Virus record (IMG/VR): IMGVR_UViG_3300046727_000401
Coordinates: 782-64,781 of that record
Source: a virus
Taxonomy: Duplodnaviria > Caudoviricetes
Strand: one strand, 5' to 3'
Length of the DNA: 64,000 nucleotides
Translations under genes and position numbers: made by a program
Shown: positions 8,288 through 18,012 of the stretch, piece after piece
Layout of the letters: each line of letters opens with the position of its first letter
How positions within the stretch are numbered: position 1 is the stretch's first letter
The notes under the pieces: model-generated
What the model was told of the DNA's origin: nothing
The model's input: only the letters and a program-made list of their open reading frames with translations
Databases searched by the model: none

Positions 8288-11257
8288 TCAAGGCGGGTTC
8301 ACGACGTCCGTGATCGTGAACGCGCGTGGGGTGATCACGTGCGTCCGCTTGCCTGCGAGCACGAGCACGATGTCCAGCCAATAGAGGCCGGGGGTGATGT
8401 TCGTCTCGGCCGATGTGAACCCGAACGACGCTCGCCCCTTGGTCGCCGGCGCGGTCTGGTCGAGCAGCACGACGGTGCCGGCCGCGAGAGACTTGGAGAG
8501 CGTCGGCGGGTCGGCTGCGCCGATCGCGGTCTTCACCTGGACCTCGAGCGCGGCAACCGAGGTCAGGTCGATCGGGGTATCAGTGTCGTCGGTGACGACG
8601 AGCACATAGTCCACATCGTCACCGCGGTACACGGTGAGCGGTCCTGAGAGCTCGATCATGTTCGGGCCTCCGTCCTGCAGTCGACCAAAGAGGGGGCTCC
8701 ATGTGAGCGAGCCGGACACCGGGCCGGTCGTGATGCCTACGGCGTGCCCGGAGATCGTGCCCGTCGCTGCGATCGCCGACGCACCAGCGGCGATCGCTCT
8801 GGCAGCCCCCGCGAATGCGCCGCTGCCGGCCAGCGCACCTGCGCCGGCTCCCGAGTTGAGCGCGGCGCTCGCCCCCGAGAGCCCCCCGACCCCGGCCAAG
8901 TCGCCGCTCGTGGCGATGATCTGCGCACCGACACCCGCGATGCTGCCCGCACCGGCCACCGCGCCCACGCCCGCCGTGAGCTGCGCGCCAGCGCCCGCGA
9001 TCGTGCCCGAGCCGGCCAGGCTTCCGGTGCCCGTGCCCGCCGCGCCCGCGGCGCCTGCCCCAGCGATCGCCCCCGATCCGGTGAAGTCGCCTGCCGTAGG
9101 CGCCGGCGATGCGCCGGTCGCCGCGATGGTGCCGCCGCCTTGCACTGCCGCCGCCCCGGCCGCCAAGCCGCCGCCGGCCGCTGCTAGCGCCCCGGTGCCC
9201 GCAAGTGCTGCCGCGCCGGCCGCGCTCGAGGTGCTGACCGCTGCGAGCGCACCGGTTCCCGCGAGCGCACCGATCCCGGTTGCGAGCTCTGCGCCGGTGC
9301 CGGCCATGTTCCCCGACCCCGAGAGCGCGCCGCCGCCTTGCACTGCCGCCGCGCCCACGCCGGCGAGCGCCCCCGATCCAGTCGCCGCGCCAGCAGCCGC
9401 GATCAGCGCGGCGCCGCCGCCGGCCAGGGCCCCGGCCCCCGTGAAACCGCTGGACCCCGAGCCGAGCGCGGCACCGTGCCCCGACATGTCTCCGGCCCCG
9501 GTGAAAGCGCCGGCCGGCGTGTCCAGCACGAGCAGGAAGTCGGTGTCCCCGGCGTTGTTGTTGGCCGGAGGCGTGAACACGTGGGTGCCCGTGTTTGCGA
9601 TCACGCCGATCGCCGTGAATGCGCTGTTCGTCGGATCGAACCACCGCGCCCGCGCCGAGGCCGCCATCGCGGTCATGGCCACGGTGATCGTGCCGGTGTG
9701 GTCGGGCGGGATGTACGCGAGCAGCAGATCGCCCTCGGGCGTCGCCGCCGCCGCGACGTAGGTCGTCGACTGCGGACTCGCCGTGCCGCCGCCCGCGGTG
9801 ATCAGCGAGATCATGCCGCCGAGCCCCGAGGGTTTCAGGCGGTGCCACGGCAGCGTCTTCCACAGCGCAAACTGCCGAGCCGCATCGAGCCGGCCCTGCG
9901 TCGCAAGCAGCGTCGTCCAGTCCGTCCCTGGCGATCCCGTGTCAAATCTCCAGAGCTGCTCGTGGCCGTAGAACCCGCCCGCGACGCCGCCGAGGAACTG
10001 CCAGTAGGGATACTTGCGGAACGGTGCCGAGCCGCCGAACAGGTCGAGCTCATAGAAGTATTCCAGGCCGATCACGGGCTTCGTCGGAGAGGCCGCGAAC
10101 CCGCGGCGCGCCAGCTCGGCCACCGACTCGTCGGCGTAGCACCCGTTCAGGTCGAACGACCCAGCGGCGAGCACCGTATCCGTCGACAGCGCCGGGCGAT
10201 CCCAGTGCGCGGTGAACAGCAGCGACGCCTGACCGGCCACCGACTTGAGGCCGGCCATCAAGTTGCTCACGGCCGCCGATTCGGCGGTGCTGAGCGTCTG
10301 CGTGTTCGAGCCGTAGTCGCCGCCCATCACCCAAATGATGTTGGGGTACGCTTTCCACCGCGCCGCCATCCATGCGCCGTAATTCCACATCTTCGACTTG
10401 GCGGGATTCGCGAACGACTGCCCGGTGAACCCGCCAGCGCCCGTGACCGCGTCCCACACGACCATCTCGTTGAGCCAGCCCTCGTCGTTCCGGTGGAACC
10501 CGAGGTAGCCGGGCCAGATCAGCACGATCAGCCCGCTGGCCAGCGCCGCGTTCAAGATCGTCTCGACCGTGGTCCAGTAGCTGTTGTTGATGAAGGTGCA
10601 GTCCGGAGCCTGATTGTTGATGTTCGAGTAATTGTCGCTCGCGAACTGGCCCTGCGTACCCGCCGCGCCGGTGGTGCCATTCGGCGAGCCGGTGAACGTG
10701 GTCCCGTCCATCTTCTGCGTGAACGGCAGCAGGCCGCCGCGCTCCTTGGGCGGCTTGACCAGGGTGTAGTGGTGCTCCATCGCGTTCGAGCTGACCGCGT
10801 TGAACCCCTGCGAGACGAGCGTGGAGAAGTACGTGTTCAGGCTAGCAAGCGGGATGTCCTCGAACAGCGACCATGTGGTGTCGGCGCAGAGCAGAAACGG
10901 CGTCCCGTCGGGGTGCACGAGGTAGCGCCCGTTCGCCGACACGCTGACCGGGAAGGAGTTGTTCGAGACCCCTGCGAGCGCACCGACACCAGCGAGCGCT
11001 CCCGCGCCGCCCGCCAGCGATGCGCCACCGCCGGCGAGTGCGCCGGAGCCGGTGAGGACGCCGACGCCCTGCCCGGCGCTCGTGGCGGCGAACGCTACAG
11101 ATCCGGCGAACGTTCCGGCGCCCGCGACCCCGCCGACCCCGGCGCCAGCTATGTCGCCAGAGCCGGTGAACGCGCCGTCGCCCGCAGCGGCCGGGACCCC
11201 GCTGAGCGCGCCAGGTCGCCGCTGCTGCGGTAGCGGTGGGGGACGAAAGAGCGACAC
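8288..11257 (-). CDS. Virion fibre-like protein: Gly/Ala repeats, DUF4038/apiosidase-like glycoside hydrolase, collagen-binding-like domain, BppU-like C-terminus
   Basis: VSANGRYLVHPDGTPFLLCADTTW, YPNIIWVMGGD, RARWFDPT, DFLLVL; C-terminal VYRGDD...PIDLT. Confidence 0.7.
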   Translation of the reverse strand: MSLFRPPPLPQQRRPGALSGVPAAAGDGAFTGSGDIAGAGVGGVAGAGTFAGSVAFAATSAGQGVGVLTGSGALAGGGASLAGGAGALAGVGALAGVSNNSFPVSVSANGRYLVHPDGTPFLLCADTTWSLFEDIPLASLNTYFSTLVSQGFNAVSSNAMEHHYTLVKPPKERGGLLPFTQKMDGTTFTGSPNGTTGAAGTQGQFASDNYSNINNQAPDCTFINNSYWTTVETILNAALASGLIVLIWPGYLGFHRNDEGWLNEMVVWDAVTGAGGFTGQSFANPAKSKMWNYGAWMAARWKAYPNIIWVMGGDYGSNTQTLSTAESAAVSNLMAGLKSVAGQASLLFTAHWDRPALSTDTVLAAGSFDLNGCYADESVAELARRGFAASPTKPVIGLEYFYELDLFGGSAPFRKYPYWQFLGGVAGGFYGHEQLWRFDTGSPGTDWTTLLATQGRLDAARQFALWKTLPWHRLKPSGLGGMISLITAGGGTASPQSTTYVAAAATPEGDLLLAYIPPDHTGTITVAMTAMAASARARWFDPTNSAFTAIGVIANTGTHVFTPPANNNAGDTDFLLVLDTPAGAFTGAGDMSGHGAALGSGSSGFTGAGALAGGGAALIAAAGAATGSGALAGVGAAAVQGGGALSGSGNMAGTGAELATGIGALAGTGALAAVSTSSAAGAAALAGTGALAAAGGGLAAGAAAVQGGGTIAATGASPAPTAGDFTGSGAIAGAGAAGAAGTGTGSLAGSGTIAGAGAQLTAGVGAVAGAGSIAGVGAQIIATSGDLAGVGGLSGASAALNSGAGAGALAGSGAFAGAARAIAAGASAIAATGTISGHAVGITTGPVSGSLTWSPLFGRLQDGGPNMIELSGPLTVYRGDDVDYVLVVTDDTDTPIDLTSVAALEVQVKTAIGAADPPTLSKSLAAGTVVLLDQTAPATKGRASFGFTSAETNITPGLYWLDIVLVLAGKRTHVITPRAFTITDVVNPP

Positions 11258-11264
11258 GGTGCGC

Positions 11265-11735
11265 TCAGTTCATCTCCCACACGTCGATCGAACAGCCGAT
11301 CGTGAGCGAGTCGACCGGCCCGGCGCCGAACCGCAACACGAGGAACTGGTTGCCGTGCGTCCCGACCATCATCTCGTCGGGGAAGATGACCTCCAGTGGG
11401 TTGCGAACGTTCCACCCCGTCGAGTACGGGGTCTCGGCCGTGCCCGCGCTCGCCGCCGTGGTGTCCGCGGTCCGCGCGGTGAACGAGGCCGCGGCGTCGG
11501 TGCGGACCTTGCGGATCGGAGTGAACGCCCCCGGTCCGCCGGATCCGACGGTCGTGTTGCCACGCACCAGGTTGATGGTCACCACCTCGTCCTGCGCATC
11601 GCCAAAGTCCGAGGTCTGCCAGATGCGAATCGCACGGACCTTGATCGGGAAGTCGGTGGCGGCGAGCACCGCGATCAGGTCGGTGGTCGCCACAGCGATC
11701 GCCGTCGGGGTCAGGTTCACGGTGTAGCAGCGCAT
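11265..11735 (-). CDS. Putative virion structural protein
   Basis: Beta-rich ORF in fibre cluster; GGAG SD. Confidence 0.65.
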   Translation of the reverse strand: MRCYTVNLTPTAIAVATTDLIAVLAATDFPIKVRAIRIWQTSDFGDAQDEVVTINLVRGNTTVGSGGPGAFTPIRKVRTDAAASFTARTADTTAASAGTAETPYSTGWNVRNPLEVIFPDEMMVGTHGNQFLVLRFGAGPVDSLTIGCSIDVWEMN

Positions 11736-11746
11736 GGTTTATCTCC

Positions 11747-12457
11747 CTAGAGTGAATGCAGGTAGTTTGGTGTGCGCGGATTGGACGGCGCGTCGGACAC
11801 CGCGGTCACAACCTCGGCGAAGATGCCGATCCCGGTCGCGTGCGTGTCGCCGCCCGTGGTCGCGGTGAACGTGGCCGCCACGTTGCCCGTCGCCGTGACC
11901 CGCTTGTCCTCGGGCTTCCCGAGACACGTGTTGGTGCTCCACACGTTGGTGCGGGCCGTGAACCCCGTGCCGGCGCTCGGGGTCGTGGTCCCCGAGGTGT
12001 CGATGCACATGCCCCAAACGAGCGCCGGCTGGCTGGTCGCGTTGGCGTTGCCCGAGCTCACTGCATCGGCCGTGGTTCCCGGTGCATCGTTCTCGGCGCG
12101 CGCCCCGTTGAGGAACGGGCTGGCCGTCGTGATGCCAGAGTACTCCGCGACGTAGACCGCGCGGAAGCGCGTGCTGGTCGAGAACGTCACGGTGAACGTG
12201 GTTGCGCCGCCCTTGCAGTTCGCCGCGAAGTACCACGCGCAGCGCTGGGCGTTGCCGGTGACCAGGTCCGTGCCGATCTGGGTGAACGTGTTGTGCGTCC
12301 CCAGGTTGTCGGAGAACGCGATGCTCGCGGTGTCGGCCGAATCGCCGGTAGCCGCGAACACGAGCAGGTTCCCCGCGGTCGGCGTGAGCGTGACGGTGAT
12401 CGTCGCCGCGCTCGCCGCGTTGTCGGCCGAGTTCTGCTGGACGAACGCGAAGGCCAT
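11747..12457 (-). CDS. Putative tail fibre/adhesin beta-domain protein
   Basis: MAFAFVQ..., TAGNLLV, VAEYSG; Thr/Ala-rich. Confidence 0.65.
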   Translation of the reverse strand: MAFAFVQQNSADNAASAATITVTLTPTAGNLLVFAATGDSADTASIAFSDNLGTHNTFTQIGTDLVTGNAQRCAWYFAANCKGGATTFTVTFSTSTRFRAVYVAEYSGITTASPFLNGARAENDAPGTTADAVSSGNANATSQPALVWGMCIDTSGTTTPSAGTGFTARTNVWSTNTCLGKPEDKRVTATGNVAATFTATTGGDTHATGIGIFAEVVTAVSDAPSNPRTPNYLHSL

Positions 12458-12479
12458 CGGGGATGCGCCGCGGCGCTCC

Positions 12480-12920
12480 TCAGGTCAACGTGACGGTGGT
12501 GGCCGAGGTGAGCTGCGGCGTGACGCCGTTGTTGACCGTGATCGTCGGCGAGATCGCCCCGAACAGCGCCAGCTCGCCGGCACCGCTGGATGACTTGCCC
12601 AGCCCGACGAACGTGGCGGTTCCGCCGGTGCCGCCGCTGCTGATCGGCCAGCTGACCGTGGTCGCCAGCGTCGCCGGGTTGCCCGAGACGGTCCAGCCGC
12701 CCGAGGTGCGAGCCACCGCCACGCGGGCGTACCCGGTGTAGCTGATCTCGTTCGTGGTCTGGTCACCACCGGCACCGGGTGTGGCGGTGTGGAGACTCAG
12801 GAACCACGAGCCGGCCGCGCCCGAGCCGACGATCCCGGTGGCGTCTCCGACACCGGCCCACGTCGTGTTGTTGAGCAGGAGCTTGAGGAGATCCAAGATC
12901 GCGGTGTTCGCGAAAGGCAT
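12480..12920 (-). CDS. Minor tail/fibre protein
   Basis: LSLHTATPG...EISYTGYARVAV, a motif common in phage minor tail proteins. Confidence 0.7.
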   Translation of the reverse strand: MPFANTAILDLLKLLLNNTTWAGVGDATGIVGSGAAGSWFLSLHTATPGAGGDQTTNEISYTGYARVAVARTSGGWTVSGNPATLATTVSWPISSGGTGGTATFVGLGKSSSGAGELALFGAISPTITVNNGVTPQLTSATTVTLT

Positions 12921-12962
12921 GGCACCACCCTACACGACGCGCAGATGCGGTACAACCACTGC

Positions 12963-13265
12963 ATGAGGCTGGCCTTCCGCATCCTGTTCCTTGTCTTTCT
13001 TGCCTGCGGATCTTCCTCGCCGCCGCCCGCTGCCGTGCCGCCGCCCCGCCCCGGACCTCTGGCGTGCTTCAACATCTGCAGCTCCAACGCGGAATGCTCC
13101 TTCGGGATCCTGCAGCGGTGCCCGTTCTGTTCGTTCGGCACCTGCTCCGGGGTGCGGCCCGAGCTCAAGGCGTGCCAGCAAGCCTGCGCGCCGAACATCG
13201 AGCCCCGTCCGGTGTGGTGTGACATTGGCGAGTGCGGCGCCATCCTGCGCGCCGCGGCGCGATAG
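12963..13265 (+). CDS. Cys-rich lipoprotein
   Basis: MRLAFRILFLVFLAC lipobox, Pro linker, multiple Cys. Confidence 0.7.
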   Translation: MRLAFRILFLVFLACGSSSPPPAAVPPPRPGPLACFNICSSNAECSFGILQRCPFCSFGTCSGVRPELKACQQACAPNIEPRPVWCDIGECGAILRAAAR

Positions 13266-13721
13266 CTACCGCCGCACCGACACGCGGTCCGCATCAGTCG
13301 GGACATCCGTCTCCCCGCCCGTCGCCGGGACCGATACGCCGAGGCGCAACAGCACCGCCCGCAGCTCGGCTATCTGGCGGCGCAGGTCATCGAGCTCCAG
13401 CGCGCGGGCGGTCTTGTACTCGTGGAACGACCGCGCCTGCTCATCGGAGGCCGCTGCCGCCGCAATTTGTGCGTCATGCGAGTGCAGCCAGTAGGCGCCC
13501 ACCGCGGCGAGGTTCGTTCCGGCGATGATCATGCCGGCGATGACGTGCCTTCGCGCAGACTTGAAGAACCCGTCCATCGCGCCGGCCCACTCGGCAAGGT
13601 GATGTGTCCTGATCGCGATCTTGGGCACGGAATGCTGGTCACAATGCGGAACAAGCAGCCGTTCCTCGGGTGTGGGGTCCGCCGGTAAGTATTCCGCAGG
13701 GTGACTCGAATCGACTTCCAC
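13266..13721 (-). CDS. Membrane protein with coiled coil (possibly lysis-related)
   Basis: One TM segment then coiled coil; GTG start 6 nt after TACGAT. Confidence 0.5.
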   Translation of the reverse strand: MEVDSSHPAEYLPADPTPEERLLVPHCDQHSVPKIAIRTHHLAEWAGAMDGFFKSARRHVIAGMIIAGTNLAAVGAYWLHSHDAQIAAAAASDEQARSFHEYKTARALELDDLRRQIAELRAVLLRLGVSVPATGGETDVPTDADRVSVRR

Positions 13722-14002
13722 CGCAGAATCGTAGGCAATTCTTGTATGTAGGCGCAACGCAATAGCCGAATCTCGCGGTACCGTGCCAAGCGACCGGCGC
13801 GGCCTGGTTGCTTCGTCCACTTCGCTGAGAGGGACCCCTGGCGGCGCCGGTCACGCAAATTGTTCCACGGACGCAAACTGTGCGTTTCCCTGCGGGGAAA
13901 ATCTCACGTAAGTAAAACTCGCAAACGGATATTGCAAAACGCGCAAACCATGCGCCATGAATATGGCAGGGCGATGCTTCCGCCCAAGAATTGGAGATTT
14001 GC

Positions 14003-14812
14003 ATGTTCTCTTCGCTGAAACTTCTTGCATTGATTGGAGTTCCGTGGGTGTCTGCGTGCCTAGGAGGGGGTGGCGAACGGGCGGCGCAGCAGGCCGTCGC
14101 TGGACCTGGCGGCGTCGCCGTGATGGAACCGGCGGCCGGCCAGCAGCTGATCACGTGGACTGCCGACGCCTCGGCCTGGAAGTTCTACGTGTTTCAGTCG
14201 ACGGCCGGTGGCGCGTTCGTGGACGTCGCGAGCGTGCTGCTGCCAAGCGCGCTGCCGCCCGCTCCGACGACGTGGACGGCAACCGGTCTCGCTGGTGGCG
14301 TGTCGTACTGCTACGCGATCGAAGCTGTGTACACCGATGGCTCGATGAGCGACCTGGGCATACCCGGCTGCGGGGTCGCAACGGGGACTGACATCGCGAG
14401 CAGCGCCACGAGCACCATACTGCTAGGCGCGGCGAATGCCGTGGCATCGAATGCCAGCATCATCCGCAACCAGCCCGACAACATCCTGACCACCGGGCCG
14501 ACCGTGCTTTTCTGGACGCTGCCGATGCGGGCAGGTGACCGTCTCAAGAATGGGGCGATCGTTGTCGTCGGCGATGGACTGGTCGACATCACCACCATTT
14601 CGCTGGACGTGGTCTCGGCGTCGGACAACACGACGAACCTCGTCAACGGCGCGTTCAGCAACGTTCCGCTGGCACTGAACAGCGTCCCGTTCTCGATTCC
14701 ATCCCCGATCGCGCTCGGCGTGACCGATCGCGTCGTGCTGAAAATGGTCGTCAACGCTGGCGGGCTGACCGTCGGATCATTCAGCGCGTCATACGATCAT
14801 CCGACGCCATGA
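14003..14812 (+). CDS. Lipoprotein with FN3-like domain
   Basis: VSAC lipobox; LITW...FYVFQST...TGLAGGVSYCYAIEAV; GGAG SD. Confidence 0.7.
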   Translation: MFSSLKLLALIGVPWVSACLGGGGERAAQQAVAGPGGVAVMEPAAGQQLITWTADASAWKFYVFQSTAGGAFVDVASVLLPSALPPAPTTWTATGLAGGVSYCYAIEAVYTDGSMSDLGIPGCGVATGTDIASSATSTILLGAANAVASNASIIRNQPDNILTTGPTVLFWTLPMRAGDRLKNGAIVVVGDGLVDITTISLDVVSASDNTTNLVNGAFSNVPLALNSVPFSIPSPIALGVTDRVVLKMVVNAGGLTVGSFSASYDHPTP

Positions 14813-14813
14813 C

Positions 14814-14847
14814 TTGACATCGCGCTAACGCGGTTTATAGTTCTGGT
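14814..14847 (+). promoter_or_regulatory. Sigma70-like leaderless promoter
   Basis: TTGACA-16-TATAGT-6-ATG(14848). Confidence 0.7.
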
Positions 14848-15198
14848 ATGAAGACCGCGCTGGCCATGATTGCCGTGTCGATGCTGGGGTGCGCTAACGG
14901 CTACGTCCGCCACGGTACCGCGACGCTGGCGTTGGCATCGCTCGCGTGCGATTGGGGTCAGACGCACGCCGCCGCGCGCAGGTCATGGCGCGGCCAGTAC
15001 GAGGCGAACCCGATCATGGGAACCGCGCCAAGCCCGGTCACGGTCGATCTGTACTTCGCCGCCGCTGCTGTTAGCATGATCGCTGTGGCGCAGGTTTTGC
15101 CGGAGCGTTGGCGGCCCGTGCTCTATAGCGCCGTGACGGTCAAGCAGGGGCAAACGATCGCCGGCAACCTCGAGACGAGCGGAACCTGCGGGCTATAG
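14848..15198 (+). CDS. Lipoprotein/membrane protein
   Basis: MLGC lipobox; DWGQT...YEANPIMG; hydrophobic helices. Confidence 0.7.
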   Translation: MKTALAMIAVSMLGCANGYVRHGTATLALASLACDWGQTHAAARRSWRGQYEANPIMGTAPSPVTVDLYFAAAAVSMIAVAQVLPERWRPVLYSAVTVKQGQTIAGNLETSGTCGL

Positions 15199-16425
15199 CC
15201 CCTCGGCGATGTAGAACGTCACTGCGCCGATCACCGTGCCGTTCTGTCCGCTGGCGATCTTGAGCATCAGGCGATCGGTCGGCACGGCCGCCGGGATGGC
15301 CTGGTTGATGCGGTTCTTCTCGAACGGCATTCGCCGCCCGTTACACCAGATTGGCACCCCCACCTTGGTCGTCGTCGAATGAACCACGGTCGGCCCAGCG
15401 GCGGGTGACTGCGTGTTCTCGAAGGCCCAGAACGGCAGAATGTCATCCGCGTCGGCACCGGAGCTCAGCTGGGGCACCGAGATCCGCGATGCGAACGTGC
15501 CAGAGAGGTTCGTCCCCGAGGTCTGGCCGAGCAGCATCGACGCCATCGTCGACCCGGCGTCATGCGATATGCCGATGCCTACGAGCCGCCCGATCGTCAC
15601 CGGACAGGGAATGATCAGAACGTTGGTTGCGTTCGTCGATGTCACTGTACTCACGGCATTGCTCGTCGACCACGCGGTGACCAGCTTGTAGGTCGACGGG
15701 TCGGCAACGTAGGTTCTAACCCCGAGCGGAATCCGCTGATCGTGCACCACGGCATTATTTACCGCTGTGGTATCGATGCCCATGATCGGGGCGTTGCCTC
15801 CCGTGGCCCAGCTGTTCCCCACGAGGACCGATCCGACGGCAACGGCGCCCGCGTCCGGCTCTGGCACCACTGGCGAGGCGCCTGGCGTGCCCTGCTTGAC
15901 CGATAGCGTGCACAGCAGCCGCCGCTTCGTCGCGGTGCCGGCCACCGTAGTGTTGGCCCGAGTGATCGCGTCCTGGAAGTCGACGTTGAGCGGGGTGTCG
16001 GTCGTGTAGCTCAGCGCCATCTGCAGCAGATCCACGCGAGGGTTTGTGCCGTCACCGGCGGTGAGCGTCCACTCTTCGGAGCCCGCGAACTTGTAGGCCA
16101 CGAGCGTCGAGTCGCTACCATCGGCGTTCGCGATCTTCTGGAGCAGCGTTCCAGGGGCGATCTGGATCTTGTTGTTCGCCGAGCCCTGACGCAGGTACGC
16201 CGCTCCCTCACAGAGCGCGTAGGCTCGCGCGGTGCTGGCATTCGCGCCGTTCTGGCCACCGAATGACGGATCAAGTCCCGTCGTCGGGACCACGGATCCG
16301 ATGAGCGTCTCGAGAATCTGATCGGTAAGCTGCGCGCGTAGGAACCGCTGGCCGTTGTTGAGCTTGTCGGTCTCGACCTCCTGGCCGCCCAGCCAGAGTT
16401 CGGTCGCATACAGGTCTGTCGTCAT
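15193..16425 (-). CDS. Tail fibre/baseplate-attached protein
   Basis: DGTNPRVDL, VKQGTPGASPVVP, DQR motifs; follows wedge genes. Confidence 0.7.
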   Translation of the reverse strand: MTTDLYATELWLGGQEVETDKLNNGQRFLRAQLTDQILETLIGSVVPTTGLDPSFGGQNGANASTARAYALCEGAAYLRQGSANNKIQIAPGTLLQKIANADGSDSTLVAYKFAGSEEWTLTAGDGTNPRVDLLQMALSYTTDTPLNVDFQDAITRANTTVAGTATKRRLLCTLSVKQGTPGASPVVPEPDAGAVAVGSVLVGNSWATGGNAPIMGIDTTAVNNAVVHDQRIPLGVRTYVADPSTYKLVTAWSTSNAVSTVTSTNATNVLIIPCPVTIGRLVGIGISHDAGSTMASMLLGQTSGTNLSGTFASRISVPQLSSGADADDILPFWAFENTQSPAAGPTVVHSTTTKVGVPIWCNGRRMPFEKNRINQAIPAAVPTDRLMLKIASGQNGTVIGAVTFYIAEGL

Positions 16426-16520
16426 GGCGCCATCGTAGCACCTCGGTGGGCGCCCACGTCACGCGCAAGGCCAGCGCAAGACAGATCGCCGCCGCCCGGC
16501 CCGGCCTCACGCTCTGGCCC

Positions 16521-16664
16521 ATGCCCAGATCCAGGCCGATCGACTTCGAGGACGAGGTCCCCACGCGAGTCGAGGCGCCGCTGCCGACCCGCTACCACCC
16601 CGAGACCCGGACCTACGAGCTCCGCGAGGATGCCCTGACCGAGAGCCGCCGCGAGCGCCCTTGA
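16521..16664 (+). CDS. Hypothetical small protein
   Basis: MPRSRPIDFEDEVPT...; fills gap, codon usage plausible. Confidence 0.4.
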   Translation: MPRSRPIDFEDEVPTRVEAPLPTRYHPETRTYELREDALTESRRERP

Positions 16665-16728
16665 CATCGTCCTTACCGCGGCGATATAAACCTGCCCGAG
16701 GGCTAACGCCCCGGAAAGCGAGACAGCG

Positions 16729-17118
16729 ATGAGGACGATCATGATGGTGGTGCTGTGTACGATGACTGCGTGCGCGGTGGATGCGCCGGACGAGAGCGTG
16801 GCGACCAGCAATCAGAGCTTGATCTGCGATCCAGACTGCGACCCCGGGAACTTCCAGCCCTTGGTATCCGCGGTGATCACCGCGGGCAGTGGGTTGGGTA
16901 CCAGAGTGTCCGGAACCATGGAGTGCTACCACTACGAAGGTGGCTGGTACCCTAACCCCGACGGTGGAGAGTCCTATTCCACGCCTCACGACGAGTGTGC
17001 AGAGACTCGGCAGGATCCGTGGGGGCAGCAGTATAGGGTGAGCTGCAACACCCTCGCAAGCGTCGGGTGCGGCCACTACGCCTGTGGCTACGATCAGAGT
17101 CAGTTGCCCTGCGGTTGA
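16729..17118 (+). CDS. Cys-rich lipoprotein
   Basis: MTAC lipobox, TSNQSL motif, several Cys; TTGACA...TATAAA upstream. Confidence 0.75.
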   Translation: MRTIMMVVLCTMTACAVDAPDESVATSNQSLICDPDCDPGNFQPLVSAVITAGSGLGTRVSGTMECYHYEGGWYPNPDGGESYSTPHDECAETRQDPWGQQYRVSCNTLASVGCGHYACGYDQSQLPCG

Positions 17119-17129
17119 GCTGCTGATCT

Positions 17130-18005
17130 CTACGGGTTCAGTCGGCGCTCCACGATGACCGCGAAGCCCGCGGCTTTCTTCGTGCGAATCGACTCGATCA
17201 CGCTGTTCTGCACGCCGGCCGAGGTCCCGAATGGGAGGATCAGCAGCAGCTTGAACGGGCGCGTCGAGGCAGCGCGAAACCCGCGCCCGACGTAGGCGCG
17301 CGCGAACCCGTCGGTGACGTTGCCGGTCACGTCGAGCCGCTGCGCCTTCCATGTGACCGTGGCATCGGCGCCAGCCACGCCGCCGGCGTTGGTCACGATC
17401 GCCGCGTTGCCGCTGAGCCCAGTGACCGAGCGCGTCCCGTTGTTCCCCGCGTTCGCCGCGCCGCTGATCACGAGCTGCCAGCTGATCACCGGGGCGACCG
17501 TGGCGGCCTGGAACGGCGGCGCCGGCCAGGGCAGCACGAGCGGCGTGAACATGCTCACCGTGCCGGCCTGGGTGAACGTGCCGCCGGTCCCGGTCATCGC
17601 CGTGTAATGCCCCAGCCACGCGCCATCGCGAGGGAGTTCGAGAAGCGCTGCCGACCCTGCCACCCCAGCAGCGACCAGGATAGCGTTGGCCGCATCGAGC
17701 ACGGCCTGACGGGTGACCGCGTCCGGGATCACCCGCAGGCGTTCCTGGAGCACCGGGTCGGCCTCCCCGGCTTGGCGCGAGGTCCCGCGGTCGCGCGCGT
17801 GCTGCGCCAACCAGTCCGGCGTGGTCGCGGTCGCGCCGGTGGCCTGCGTGATCAGCGTCTGGCTGAACAGGTAGACCGCGGTCGCGCGCGGCATGCCCAT
17901 CAGCTTGGCCGCGGCGGTCAGGAACTCGTCCGGCGAGCGCACCCAGTTCGGCAAGGCGCCGGTGGCGAAATCCAGGAGCTCCTGCTCGTCGCTGGTCAGG
18001 GCCAT
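17130..18005 (-). CDS. Baseplate wedge (gpI-like) protein
   Basis: Directly after baseplate J; WLAQHARDRG...EAD...LQERL and C-terminal KAAG. Confidence 0.65.
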   Translation of the reverse strand: MALTSDEQELLDFATGALPNWVRSPDEFLTAAAKLMGMPRATAVYLFSQTLITQATGATATTPDWLAQHARDRGTSRQAGEADPVLQERLRVIPDAVTRQAVLDAANAILVAAGVAGSAALLELPRDGAWLGHYTAMTGTGGTFTQAGTVSMFTPLVLPWPAPPFQAATVAPVISWQLVISGAANAGNNGTRSVTGLSGNAAIVTNAGGVAGADATVTWKAQRLDVTGNVTDGFARAYVGRGFRAASTRPFKLLLILPFGTSAGVQNSVIESIRTKKAAGFAVIVERRLNP

Positions 18006-18012
18006 GAGGTCC

